DNA of 24,000 nucleotides from Pseudanabaena cinerea FACHB-1277 (GCF_014696345.1 NZ_JACJPY010000004.1:87517-111516), one strand, 5' to 3'; shown: positions 1 to 9,217, counted from the stretch's first letter. Program-made: numbers and translations. Notes: generated from the letters alone by a model not told the origin.

Positions 1-49
1 GAATTGCCCCTACGCTAGGAATCAGAATTTCAAGGTCTTTTGCGTAAGC
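1..49. repeat. REP-like palindromic unit, family 2 (half copy cut by the window edge)
   Basis: 1-16 GAATTGCCCCTACGCT is the exact reverse complement of 2293-2308. GAATTG(C/T)CCCTAC plus TTTGCGTAAG recur in direct orientation at 2311-2343. The unit lies immediately 3' of the typA stop. Confidence 0.5.
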
Positions 50-57
50 CCTATGTG

Positions 58-1851
58 CTAGCGCTTGGCAAACTTTTTGTTCATCTTGCGAAGCCGAATT
101 GACTCAGGTGTCACCTCTAGCATTTCATCAGAACCAATGTATTCCAAAGCCCTTTCGAGACTCATTTCTACAGGAGCTTGCAACTGCACAATGTCATCGG
201 CTCCTGCGGCTCTCATGTTAGTAAGCTGCTTACTCTTGCATACATTCAGTTCCAAATCTTGGGGGCGATTGTTTTCACCGATAATCATACCCTTGTAAAC
301 CTTTGTGCCAGGTTTAATGAAGAAGATACCGCGATCTTCAGCATTCTTAAGGGAATATTCAGTGGCAACGCCTTCCTCAAAGGATATTAAAACACCATTA
401 CGACGGGCGCTAATTTCACCCGCCACAGGTCGATAATCAAGGAAGCTATGGTTCATGATCCCTGCACCGCGTGTTGCACGCATAAAGTCACCACGGAAAC
501 CAATCAGTCCACGGGCAGGAACCGTAAACTCTAGCTGCGATCGCCCTCCACCAGACACCTGCATATCTACCATTTCGGCACGGCGCTGTCCGAGGCGCTC
601 AATGCAGCCGCCAACGGCATCTTCGGGTACATCAATGACCAAGCACTCATAGGGTTCGCACTTTTGACCATTGATCTCACGATAAATTACCTGTGGCTGG
701 GTAACTTGAAATTCGTAACCTTCGCGACGCATGGTTTCGATCAAGATACCAAGGTGCAATTCACCACGCCCTGATACCGCAAAGCGATCTGGCGATTCAG
801 GATCTTCTTGTACACGCAGCGCCACGTTGGTTTCTAGCTCACGCATGAGGCGATCGCGCACTTGACGGGTGGTTACTAGTTTGCCTTCTTGACCCACAAA
901 TGGCGAATCATTGACGCAGAAGGTCATCTGTAGGGTGGGTTCATCAACCTTGATCATGGGCAGAGCCAGAGGCTCATTGGGGCAGGTAATCGTTTCACCG
1001 ATATTGGCATTAGCAAAACCTGATACTGCCACGATATTGCCCGCCGATGAGGTTTGCAATTCCACTCGCTTCAGGCCATCAAAGCCCAAAAGCTTAGTGA
1101 TTTTGCTCTTGGTAATGGAGCCATCTTCGGCAATTAGAGCCGCTTGCTGACCAGAGGTAATCGTCCCATTATGAATTTTGCCAATCACAATGCGTCCCAG
1201 ATATTCAGAATAGTCAAGGGTGGTTACTTGCAGTTGCAAGGGCTTCTCAGGGTTGCCAACGGGAGGAGACACATGGTGAAGAATTGACTCAAACAAAGGC
1301 TTCATATCAATGCCTTCTTCTTCTAAGGTTTCCTTAGCAAAGCCAGCCATGCCAGAGGCAAAAATGTAAGGGAAGTCGCACTGATCATCATCTGCTCCAA
1401 GCTCGATGAACAGGTCTAGCACTTTGCTAACAGCAACATGGGGATCGGCAAATTCGCGATCGATTTTATTGATGACAACAATGGGGCGCAAGCCCTTTTC
1501 TAAAGCTTTCTTCAATACAAATCGGGTTTGAGGCATGGGACCTTCGTTAGCATCGACAATCAATAGACAGCCTTCAACCATTCCTAATACCCGTTCCACT
1601 TCACCGCCAAAGTCAGCGTGTCCTGGGGTATCAACGATGTTGATTAAGGTACTTTTGTATTTGACCGCAGTATTTTTGGAAAGGATGGTGATACCCCGTT
1701 CACGCTCAAGATCGTTGGAGTCCATCACACAGTCTATAATTGCCTCTCCTTCTCGGAAAGCGCCAGACTGTTTGAGGAGTGCATCAACTAGGGTGGTTTT
1801 GCCGTGATCGACGTGGGCGATGATGGCGACGTTGCGAATGGGGAGGGACAT
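58..1851 (-). CDS. typA: translational GTPase TypA/BipA
   Basis: 597-aa ORF with G1 [10 protein letters not shown]3 DTPGHADF and G4 NKID. It shows EF-G-like domain order and a BipA-type basic C-terminus. Confidence 0.95.
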   Translation of the reverse strand: MSLPIRNVAIIAHVDHGKTTLVDALLKQSGAFREGEAIIDCVMDSNDLERERGITILSKNTAVKYKSTLINIVDTPGHADFGGEVERVLGMVEGCLLIVDANEGPMPQTRFVLKKALEKGLRPIVVINKIDREFADPHVAVSKVLDLFIELGADDDQCDFPYIFASGMAGFAKETLEEEGIDMKPLFESILHHVSPPVGNPEKPLQLQVTTLDYSEYLGRIVIGKIHNGTITSGQQAALIAEDGSITKSKITKLLGFDGLKRVELQTSSAGNIVAVSGFANANIGETITCPNEPLALPMIKVDEPTLQMTFCVNDSPFVGQEGKLVTTRQVRDRLMRELETNVALRVQEDPESPDRFAVSGRGELHLGILIETMRREGYEFQVTQPQVIYREINGQKCEPYECLVIDVPEDAVGGCIERLGQRRAEMVDMQVSGGGRSQLEFTVPARGLIGFRGDFMRATRGAGIMNHSFLDYRPVAGEISARRNGVLISFEEGVATEYSLKNAEDRGIFFIKPGTKVYKGMIIGENNRPQDLELNVCKSKQLTNMRAAGADDIVQLQAPVEMSLERALEYIGSDEMLEVTPESIRLRKMNKKFAKR

Positions 1852-1999
1852 GGGTGATGTATCGAATTATTTGGAAAACTTATTATTTCTTTAACTATTA
1901 TGCTTGAGTTTGACCAAAAACTTTGTAGTCTAGAAACTCTGTTGCACTAACAAATAAATTTCCATAGCCATTGGCGCTGACTTAAAACTCAGAAAAATT

Positions 2000-2030
2000 T
2001 TTGAAAACGGCGCTTCGCAACGCTTTCAAA
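2000..2030 (-). terminator. imperfect hairpin TTTGAAAACGGCGC-TTC-GCAACGCTTTCAAA, possible minus-strand intrinsic terminator or small repeat
   Basis: On the minus strand the inverted repeat is followed by ATTTTTCT. A related hairpin lies at 18632-18663, downstream of another minus-strand gene. Confidence 0.3.
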
Positions 2031-2115
2031 TTAATGCCTTATACCGATTTCCAAAGGTGTGACTACACTTTTGGAAATTAAAACCCGAATCCAATGAAGA
2101 TATTCAAGTCAGGAC

Positions 2116-2220
2116 TTAGAGCCTGTTTGAATTGAAAAGTTTTGATCCCCCTAAATCCCCCTTAAAAATGGGGGCTTTTTTAATCTTTCCCCCTTTCGTA
2201 AGGGGAGCTAGTGGGGATCA
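2116..2220. repeat. MITE-like element, copy 1
   Basis: Terminal inverted repeats TGATCCCCCTA / TAGTGGGGATCA. Internal hairpins CCCCCTTAAAAATGGGGG and CCCCTTTCGTAAGGGG. A second copy with an extra insertion lies at 20019-20195. Confidence 0.6.
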
Positions 2221-2292
2221 ATCAGTATTTTTAGCGAATGTCCAGACTTTTCCAACAATCTCTTACGCAAAAATACTTGAAACCGTTATTGC

Positions 2293-2343
2293 AGCGTAGG
2301 GGCAATTCATGAATTGTCCCTACTTCTGGCTGGTTTGCGTAAG
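2293..2343. repeat. REP-like palindromic unit, family 2 (full hairpin GTAGGGGCAATTC-AT-GAATTGTCCCTAC)
   Basis: A 13-nt stem with one mismatch is read directly and starts with GTAG. It is followed by TTTGCGTAAG, as in the copy at 1-49. It sits 3' of the minus-strand ComFB gene stop. Confidence 0.55.
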
Positions 2344-2386
2344 TCTAACAAGTAAATCAATGGCCACGCCATTAATTTACTTGTTG

Positions 2387-3475
2387 TTAATTAGGATGCA
2401 CATTGGGATAGTTATGATCACTACGCTTGCGCCATACCAAATCACTATCTACGGCTTTGAATAAACATTCTTCGATGATAAAAGGCGCATTACGCCAGTT
2501 GATATCATCTCGGTACAAAATCCAATTAACCTGATCTAGGGCATCTTCTAGTTCTGCCTCAAAACGGGCAAGGGGTAAGGGCGCTCGTTCGATGCTAGGG
2601 GAATCAACACATACGGCGATCGCCTGCTTAAGTACAGCTACGACCTCCTTACCATAGACCTCACGCGCCCTTAACCGCAAAGCTTTATAGCCTTTTTCGG
2701 TGGTGGCATACATCGGCGGGAGTCGGTTGAGGACATAGGCGGTAGTCTCACCAAGATCGACAGTATCCGCGATCGCTGGGTGTAGTTTTTGGATTTGATG
2801 GTAAGCAAGGGATAAAACTAACTTTTCGAGGACATTACTAAATTGATAGTTAACATCAACCATGTAAGTATGAAAGTCCTGTGACTTTTTGGGATCTAGA
2901 TCTGGAGCGGCTGAAGATTTAACAGATCGACCTTTCCACGAAATTTCAGTGCGTCCCGATTCTGATCTTCCCTGCTCAGACGATTCCTTGCCAGCTTTTT
3001 GCCTAGCATTGGGGCTGCCTACGACCTTGTAAGTATTGCTAACTGCGCCTTTGAGCTTGACGGTGGTTAAGGCATTTTCTAGGGCATTGGGAATATCTTG
3101 CCATGAGGCATGTTCTGCGCCAAGCAGTTGTTGCAACGCCGCTAGCGATCGCGCATGGCTGGCGACCTCTTGATAGGGCAGAGGGCTAGAATCACGCAAT
3201 GCGTCAGGTTTGACCCCGACCAAAGCACGGCGCACGGCTGACTCAATCTGCATTCGCATTTCGATCGCCGCTTTTTTGCGCTGCCTGAGCCATCCCGCCT
3301 TAGATGTGGCGTACATTGGCGGCAACCGATTGAGGGCATAGGCTGCTACCTCACTTAAATTCATCTGACTGCGGCGATATTCTGGCAAGTGGGAAATCTG
3401 AAGTTCGATCTCATCAATTACCAGCTCCTCTATAGCATTTTTGCAACTTTGCATATCAAGCATTTTGCAACCCAA
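2387..3475 (-). CDS. protein with two tandem ComFB-like domains
   Basis: 362-aa ORF. Two internal repeats each carry the ComFB hallmark Y(A/V)LNRLPPMYAT (aa ~45-57 and ~245-257). They are separated by a low-complexity Ser/Lys/Gly linker. The exact start (M1/M5/M8) is uncertain. Confidence 0.7.
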   Translation of the reverse strand: MGCKMLDMQSCKNAIEELVIDEIELQISHLPEYRRSQMNLSEVAAYALNRLPPMYATSKAGWLRQRKKAAIEMRMQIESAVRRALVGVKPDALRDSSPLPYQEVASHARSLAALQQLLGAEHASWQDIPNALENALTTVKLKGAVSNTYKVVGSPNARQKAGKESSEQGRSESGRTEISWKGRSVKSSAAPDLDPKKSQDFHTYMVDVNYQFSNVLEKLVLSLAYHQIQKLHPAIADTVDLGETTAYVLNRLPPMYATTEKGYKALRLRAREVYGKEVVAVLKQAIAVCVDSPSIERAPLPLARFEAELEDALDQVNWILYRDDINWRNAPFIIEECLFKAVDSDLVWRKRSDHNYPNVHPN

Positions 3476-3507
3476 TATTGAAATAAATATTCTAAACCTA
3501 GAAGCAC

Positions 3508-3759
3508 TTATTTTTGGGAACCGCGATCAATGCGATATAACCATACCATCAATGCGATCGCGCCAAGTTGGAGGGCAAAATTGGGCAAATTAGTAGCAAT
3601 TTCGCCGTTCCCTGCAATCAGTTTGGCAAAAAATATGACCGCACCAATAAAGCCCGATCCCCCTAAACACAGGTATATAAACAGTCTCAGACTGCGATAG
3701 GGGGTTTTAGCTTCACGCCGCAAACGGGCATAGAGTTCAGGATCTTTGTTTTTGATCAT
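3508..3759 (-). CDS. small two-TM membrane protein (resembles cyanobacterial/plastid DUF3493 family)
   Basis: 83-aa ORF with a basic N-terminus followed by two hydrophobic helices. The family name is recalled from memory and was not searched. Confidence 0.5.
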   Translation of the reverse strand: MIKNKDPELYARLRREAKTPYRSLRLFIYLCLGGSGFIGAVIFFAKLIAGNGEIATNLPNFALQLGAIALMVWLYRIDRGSQK

Positions 3760-3769
3760 AAATTTGGGG

Positions 3770-4480
3770 TTATTTTTGATTCATGGCGGTGCGATCGCAT
3801 AACCAAATGGTGTTACCTGTGATCAACCGCGATGGATATTGATTGACATCACCCTTGGGCGCAAGCACGGCATGGAGAGCCTTGGCCTTGGCAGCCCCCT
3901 CGACCATAAATAAAATTTCCTGTGCTTGATTGATCAATGGCACGGTCATGGTGATGCGGGGCTGTCCATCCTTACTGCCTACAGTAATTAGGCGATCGCT
4001 TACCTTTAGCGCGGCAGTATGGGGAAATAGCGAAGCCGTATGTCCATCATCACCCATGCCCAGCAAAATCAAATCAAACTGCGGGAATACCCCTGCTGCT
4101 ACTGCAAAAAATTCTTGAATATGCTGCTCATACTCTTCGGCGGCGATCGCAGGATCATCGGCATCGGTGGGAATGCCATGAATATTTGCCGCAGGGATAT
4201 CCACATGATCGAGCCAAGCTTTGCGGGTCATGCCTTCATTGCTCTGCGGGTCGGTCACAGGCACATAGCGCTCATCACCCCAAAATATATGCACCTTCGA
4301 CCAGTCCCAATTTTTAGTGGCAAACAATTCGTATAACACCTTGGGTGTGCTGCCCCCTGCGGCAACGATTGTAAACCTGCCTGACTTAGCGATCGCCTGC
4401 TCATAGGCAATTTGCGTCAATAACAGCGCTCTCGCCGCAATTTCTGAGCGATCGTTCCAAATTTCTACCTGTCTAGCCAT
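3770..4480 (-). CDS. pgl: 6-phosphogluconolactonase
   Basis: 236-aa ORF with motifs AAGGSTPK and LLGMGDDGHTASLFP, typical of the Pgl/NagB superfamily. Confidence 0.9.
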   Translation of the reverse strand: MARQVEIWNDRSEIAARALLLTQIAYEQAIAKSGRFTIVAAGGSTPKVLYELFATKNWDWSKVHIFWGDERYVPVTDPQSNEGMTRKAWLDHVDIPAANIHGIPTDADDPAIAAEEYEQHIQEFFAVAAGVFPQFDLILLGMGDDGHTASLFPHTAALKVSDRLITVGSKDGQPRITMTVPLINQAQEILFMVEGAAKAKALHAVLAPKGDVNQYPSRLITGNTIWLCDRTAMNQK

Positions 4481-4517
4481 AGTTATATTTACCTAATTTG
4501 ATTTTTTCTAAAACTAA

Positions 4518-4554
4518 ATATTGTGGTGGCGGGCTTTGCCCACCACCACAATAT
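4518..4554. other. 17-bp stem / 3-nt loop hairpin (ATATTGTGGTGGCGGGC TTT GCCCACCACCACAATAT)
   Basis: Read directly, with one C:A mismatch. It lies 38 nt upstream of the pgl start codon, between divergent genes. Confidence 0.6.
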
Positions 4555-4640
4555 CCGTTAGTTAACTAATGCCACTTTTTGTATAGATATTTATCAATAA
4601 GACCAATGGGAGGTGTCATTTATTGCATTTTGTGTGAATT

Positions 4641-4669
4641 TTGACAATACTAACTAGTAAATGTATTAC
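4641..4669 (+). promoter_or_regulatory. sigma70-like promoter candidate for the 4713 ORF / asnS
   Basis: TTGACA (4641-4646), a 17-nt spacer, then TATTAC (4664-4669), about 45 nt upstream of the ATG at 4713. Confidence 0.3.
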
Positions 4670-4712
4670 CCTATAAATTGTTAGGGAAATATTAAGGTTA
4701 AGGTAAACAACC

Positions 4713-4922
4713 ATGACACCTGCTATAATGCGACTTTTTTGGGATTCTGTGAATCAAGCTCAGCCCAATCTGCTATTAAACCTTGATGATGATTGCTTAA
4801 TGAGTTGGTTGGTCGACCAAGTGAAACAACGCTCTAGCCTCGACCCGCATCAACAGAATGATCTTAGTCATTACATCAGCGATCGCTTACCCTTAATCAG
4901 AGAAATGGCATACGATCATTAG
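4713..4922 (+). CDS. hypothetical small protein (69 aa)
   Basis: The ORF has a promoter-like sequence upstream and lies 35 nt before asnS. It contains a HIP1 site, as core genes do. No family was recognised. Confidence 0.4.
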   Translation: MTPAIMRLFWDSVNQAQPNLLLNLDDDCLMSWLVDQVKQRSSLDPHQQNDLSHYISDRLPLIREMAYDH

Positions 4923-4957
4923 TATCGTTAGTGATTGCTCACGAATATCTTTAGCAT

Positions 4958-6379
4958 ATGGCATCTACAAGAATTATTGATTTGTTACGCGGTGATTTAA
5001 CCATTGATCCTGATCAAAATCCCGATCATCTTTGCACCGTGCGGGGTTGGGTTCGCACCAAACGGGAAGGAAAGGAAATCGCATTTTTAGAAGTCAATGA
5101 TGGATCATCGTTACAGGGTTTGCAGATAGTTTTGTCTCCCACCCTTGACGACTATGAAGCTTTAATCAAACAGATCAATACGGGGGTATCGATCGCAGCC
5201 ACTGGCAAGCTAGTTGCATCTACGGGCAAGGGGCAGAAGGTGGAGATGCAAGCAAGGGAAATCACGGTTTTTGGTACTGCCGATCCTGAAACCTATCCTT
5301 TACAAAAGAAACGTCACTCTATTGAGTTTTTACGCACGATCGCCCACTTAAGACCTCGTACCAATATGTTTGGGGCTGTTTTTCGGGTACGCAATGCCTG
5401 TGCTTTTGCCGTGCATCAATTTTTTCAAGAGCGCGGCTTTTTGTGGGTACATACGCCAATCATCACGGCTAGTGACTGTGAGGGGGCAGGCGAGATGTTT
5501 GGCGTAACGACCCTCGATCTCCAAAAATTAGGGTTGGCGGGTAAACCTGTGGATTACAGCCAAGACTTTTTTGGTAAGCCTGCTTTTTTGACCGTTAGTG
5601 GTCAGCTAGAGGCAGAAATTATGGCAACTGCCTTTTCTAATGTCTATACCTTTGGTCCCACCTTTCGCGCTGAAAATTCCAATACTTCCCGCCATCTTGC
5701 CGAGTTTTGGATGATTGAGCCAGAGGTGGCTTTTTGTGACCTCGAAGGCGATGCTGATCTAGCGGAAGATTTTCTTAAATACATCTTCAATTATGTTTTA
5801 AAAACTTGCCCCGAAGATATGGAATTTTTCCAAGAACGGGTCAATGATCAGGTGATGGTCAATGCGCGGAAGATTATCGATGAGCAGTTTGAACGCATCT
5901 CTTATACTGAGGCGATCGCCATCCTTGAGAAATGCGATAAAAAGTTTGAGTTCCCTGTTTCATGGGGGCTGGATCTGCAATCGGAGCATGAAAGATTTCT
6001 AGCCGAAGAATATTTCCGTAAGCCTGTAATCGTGATGGATTATCCCTTGGGGATCAAGGCTTTTTATATGCGGGTGAATGATGATACAGCCAGCGATCGA
6101 CAAACGGTAAGGGCGATGGATATCCTTGCCCCTGGTGTGGGTGAAATTATTGGTGGTTCACAGCGTGAGGAGCGTCTAGATCTGCTAGAAGCCCGAATCC
6201 GCAGTGTGGGGCTAAATCCTGAAGATTACTGGTGGTATCTAGATCTACGCCGCTATGGTACGGTTCCCCATGCTGGCTTTGGACTTGGTTTTGAGCGTCT
6301 GGTGCAGTTCATCACAGGCATGGGCAATATCCGCGATGTCATTCCGTTTCCGCGCTTTCCTCAAAGTGCCGAATTTTAA
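4958..6379 (+). CDS. asnS: asparagine--tRNA ligase
   Basis: 473-aa ORF with class II motif 2 [21 protein letters not shown] and motif 3 GFGLGFERL. It has an N-terminal OB-fold anticodon-binding region. Confidence 0.95.
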   Translation: MASTRIIDLLRGDLTIDPDQNPDHLCTVRGWVRTKREGKEIAFLEVNDGSSLQGLQIVLSPTLDDYEALIKQINTGVSIAATGKLVASTGKGQKVEMQAREITVFGTADPETYPLQKKRHSIEFLRTIAHLRPRTNMFGAVFRVRNACAFAVHQFFQERGFLWVHTPIITASDCEGAGEMFGVTTLDLQKLGLAGKPVDYSQDFFGKPAFLTVSGQLEAEIMATAFSNVYTFGPTFRAENSNTSRHLAEFWMIEPEVAFCDLEGDADLAEDFLKYIFNYVLKTCPEDMEFFQERVNDQVMVNARKIIDEQFERISYTEAIAILEKCDKKFEFPVSWGLDLQSEHERFLAEEYFRKPVIVMDYPLGIKAFYMRVNDDTASDRQTVRAMDILAPGVGEIIGGSQREERLDLLEARIRSVGLNPEDYWWYLDLRRYGTVPHAGFGLGFERLVQFITGMGNIRDVIPFPRFPQSAEF

Positions 6380-6381
6380 GT

Positions 6382-6457
6382 GCGATCGCCGATCCTGTAG
6401 GGTGCGTTACATTTCATTAACGCACCTCATCTGATATTCAAAATTCACGCTTTACTA
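6382..6457 (+). repeat. REP/REPIN-like element family 1, copy 0 (right half degenerate, hairpin loop flipped)
   Basis: GCGATCGCCGATCCTGTAGGGTGCGTTA-CATTTCAT-TAACGCACCTCATCTGATATTCAAAAT matches copy A (10112-10206), except that the 8-nt loop is the reverse complement. Similarity decays after ~6445. Confidence 0.75.
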
Positions 6458-6480
6458 AGATTATTTAGGATTTCTAAAGT

Positions 6481-6877
6481 TTAGGCAACAGTTAAGACTG
6501 TCGGTAAGTTGCGAGGACGCTTTGCCCTCACTGCATCAAGATTAAGCTCTAGCTCTAATACCTCTTGATACAAAAACAAAATCGCGCTCAAAGCCTGATT
6601 TTGTGTTGATGCCGCCACATTTTCATCGATTGCTAAAAGTTAAAAAAGCATTAACTTCATCGCCGCCCATTTCGCTAGGATGGCGCTTGTTATGAAATAA
6701 AATAAATCGCCGAACCCATTGCACATAGGACTTTTCAGTTTGATAGGAGTAATGCTTAACTCGAATAGCATCCCTAACGCGATCAAGTAATTTGCGAGGC
6801 GGTGGCTCAGTCTGCCCATTTGGGGTAAATACAGATATCTGATTTTTTAGTATAGGCTTGGGTATGTTACTCAACAT
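6481..6877 (-). pseudogene. intI: integron-type tyrosine recombinase (IntI) remnant: N-terminal third only, with a frameshift
   Basis: The ORF at 6623-6877 encodes YSYQTEKSYVQWVRRFILFHNKRHP. After a frameshift near the T-run at ~6635-6640, the next frame reads [27 protein letters not shown]...[13 protein letters not shown] and stops at 6481. The catalytic C-terminal two-thirds is absent. Confidence 0.75.
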
Positions 6878-7117
6878 TTTGCACGATAAAACTCCATAGA
6901 GGGATATTACCCCGCAAAAAACTGAATATTACACTTTTTAATTGCTTTATCTAGCAAGTTGTGAGATATTAGGGTCATACAAGTATATATCCTGTAATTT
7001 ACAAGATAATATGTAGTTATACGGCATTAAATCCCCTATCTGAAATTCTCTTTTTCCAAAAGGCAGCAATGTAAATCTAAATGTGTAAAATTATTGACAG
7101 TTCTCTGAGGAAAAAGG

Positions 7118-9217
7118 ATGGAAATTAGTCAACTCAAGACTCTACTGGCAGATTCAGAGAACCCCAAATTAGAATTTAAGAGTCAATGGTATTGCAATAC
7201 AGATCAGCTTGACGATAAGGGCTGGGGAGAGTTTCTAAAGGATTTAATTACACTTGCAAATGGAAATTCAGGTTTTGTAGGTCAAACTGGATATTTAATA
7301 ATCGGTGCATCTGATGAAGATCCCAGAATTGGACAGCAACGGGGAATCTCTAATGTAGCTAGAAATGGAATGTTGTCTAATCTGCAAAAGCTACGTGAAA
7401 CAACACTTCGGAAACTTCGTGAAACTTGTAGCCCATCTCCTGCTGACATCGATCTGAGTTTTGTCGAAGTAGAAGGTAAGCATCTGCTTATTATTGAAGT
7501 TCCGCCTCCAGTTGATGCTGTCAAACTCGATCGTGATTTAAACACCAGAGGAATGAGATTTAAAAAGGGCACTGTTCTAATTCGTGTTGGGCAAGACGTT
7601 AGTGTGGCTGATCCAGCAGAGATAAATAACTTAAGAAAAGGGTATCAGGATACTTGGATTCAAACTCAACGAATGGTGCATAATTTACCACAACCCGATT
7701 ATGTAAACTTTATTGGTAGACAAGATGAGCTTGAGAAGCTTCGGAATTTGCTTAATCCCAGAGATCGTATATGGACAATTGTTATTGATGGAATAGGTGG
7801 GATCGGTAAATCTGCTTTAGCTTTGGAAATAGCACATCGATACTTAAACGAATACAATTTTATTCCTGAAGAAGAGCGATTTCAGTCAATTATTTGGATT
7901 TCAGCAAAAGATTCAATTTTAACTGCTGACGGGATCAAAAAGCGTTTTCAGGTAACCAACACCCTTAATGACATTTATAGTCAGATTTCTGTGGTTTTAG
8001 GAGAACAAGAAATTAGCCGCCATAACTTTAAGGAACAAGGTTTTTTAATCAATCGTGCATTGGGGGCAAGAAGAACTCTTCTAATCATTGATAATCTTGA
8101 GACAGTTGATGATGATCGCGTTAATGCTTTTGTTCGAGAACTTCCTAATCCCACAAAATGTATTGTTACTACCCGTCATCGTATTGATGTAGCAGATCCT
8201 ATTCGACTGTCTGCAATGCCTCGAAAAGATGCACTCTCACTAATTCAGCAAGAATGCGACAAGAAAAATGTTCGATTAGATAATTCGCAAATTGAGCTTC
8301 TGTATAAAAGGACGGCAGGAGTTCCCTTAGCTGTAGTTTGGAGTATTGCTCAAATAAGTTATCACGGCTTTGGAGTAGATCAGGTATTAAAACGCTTGGG
8401 TGATGCAAAAGGCGATATAGCCCGTTTCTGCTTTGAAAACGCTGTTCATCACATTCAAGATAAACCTGCTTATAAAATATTAGCTAGTCTGGCTTTATCT
8501 CCAAGATCGATGAGCCGACAAGAAGTAGGAACTGTTGCTGATTTGTCCGAGCTTGATCAAGATGAGGGGTTAGTGATCCTAGAACGCTTATCGCTAATTA
8601 ATAAGAAAGGTGGTCAATTTAGTTTATTACCTCTAGTTCAAGAGTATATCTTAACTAAGGTTAAAGAATTCCCTTTTACTGATTTGAGGCAATTGGTTAT
8701 TCGGTTCTCAGAAAACTATGCTCCTTCAGGTGCAGACTCGCTATCTGCAATTGAGCAATATTTTGGTTCAGAATTGATTACTCCATTAAAGATTGAAGTT
8801 GCAAAGAAGATTGTTGATCAAATGTGGGAATGGGATAGTCAGTGCGATGAAATAGGCGTGAGTTATTGTATTTCAGCTTTGGAGAAGTTGGCAATTGATA
8901 CGGCAATTGATGCCATAAGAGATATTGCGATGTATTCAAATGTTGCATCTCTGGCTGCGTGGATGTACTCCGCTGCTGCTGGCATATTGATTCATGCTGG
9001 CAGGTTAAGAGATTTAATAAATTTGAGCCTTTCCTATCAAAATTTTGATAGCCTTACTGTTGAATCCTTGAAGAAATTTGAGACTGACAAAGTTGTTCAA
9101 GAAATTGACATAGTGTTGGAGATTCAAAAAGAAAATAAATCAGAAATACTACAGCAGTTAAAAGATAAGTTATTGTCTTCAGAAATATATCCATCTTCTG
9201 GCGACCATGCCGTATAA
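7118..9217 (+). CDS. Schlafen/AlbA_2-like N-terminal domain fused to an NB-ARC-type STAND P-loop NTPase
   Basis: 699-aa ORF. The N-terminus ENPKLEFKSQWY...LANGNSG...GYLIIGASDED resembles the AlbA_2/Schlafen core. Also present are Walker A GIGGIGKSALA (nt ~7787-7813), Walker B LLIIDNLE, CIVTTRHR, GVPLAV (GLPL-like) and a winged-helix-like LSLINKKGGQFSLLPLVQEYI. The ~170-aa helical C-terminus is unassigned. Confidence 0.7.
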   Translation: MEISQLKTLLADSENPKLEFKSQWYCNTDQLDDKGWGEFLKDLITLANGNSGFVGQTGYLIIGASDEDPRIGQQRGISNVARNGMLSNLQKLRETTLRKLRETCSPSPADIDLSFVEVEGKHLLIIEVPPPVDAVKLDRDLNTRGMRFKKGTVLIRVGQDVSVADPAEINNLRKGYQDTWIQTQRMVHNLPQPDYVNFIGRQDELEKLRNLLNPRDRIWTIVIDGIGGIGKSALALEIAHRYLNEYNFIPEEERFQSIIWISAKDSILTADGIKKRFQVTNTLNDIYSQISVVLGEQEISRHNFKEQGFLINRALGARRTLLIIDNLETVDDDRVNAFVRELPNPTKCIVTTRHRIDVADPIRLSAMPRKDALSLIQQECDKKNVRLDNSQIELLYKRTAGVPLAVVWSIAQISYHGFGVDQVLKRLGDAKGDIARFCFENAVHHIQDKPAYKILASLALSPRSMSRQEVGTVADLSELDQDEGLVILERLSLINKKGGQFSLLPLVQEYILTKVKEFPFTDLRQLVIRFSENYAPSGADSLSAIEQYFGSELITPLKIEVAKKIVDQMWEWDSQCDEIGVSYCISALEKLAIDTAIDAIRDIAMYSNVASLAAWMYSAAAGILIHAGRLRDLINLSLSYQNFDSLTVESLKKFETDKVVQEIDIVLEIQKENKSEILQQLKDKLLSSEIYPSSGDHAV

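Noticed and set aside
65-1807. Plus-strand ORFs inside typA (65-298, 178-390, 455-652, 911-1150, 1535-1807).
   Set aside because: These are antisense shadow ORFs within a strongly supported gene, and their translations are low-complexity.
3142-4336. ORFs 3142-3339(-), 3930-4118(+) and 4040-4336(+), inside the ComFB and pgl genes.
   Set aside because: They are alternative-frame or antisense ORFs fully embedded in better-supported genes.
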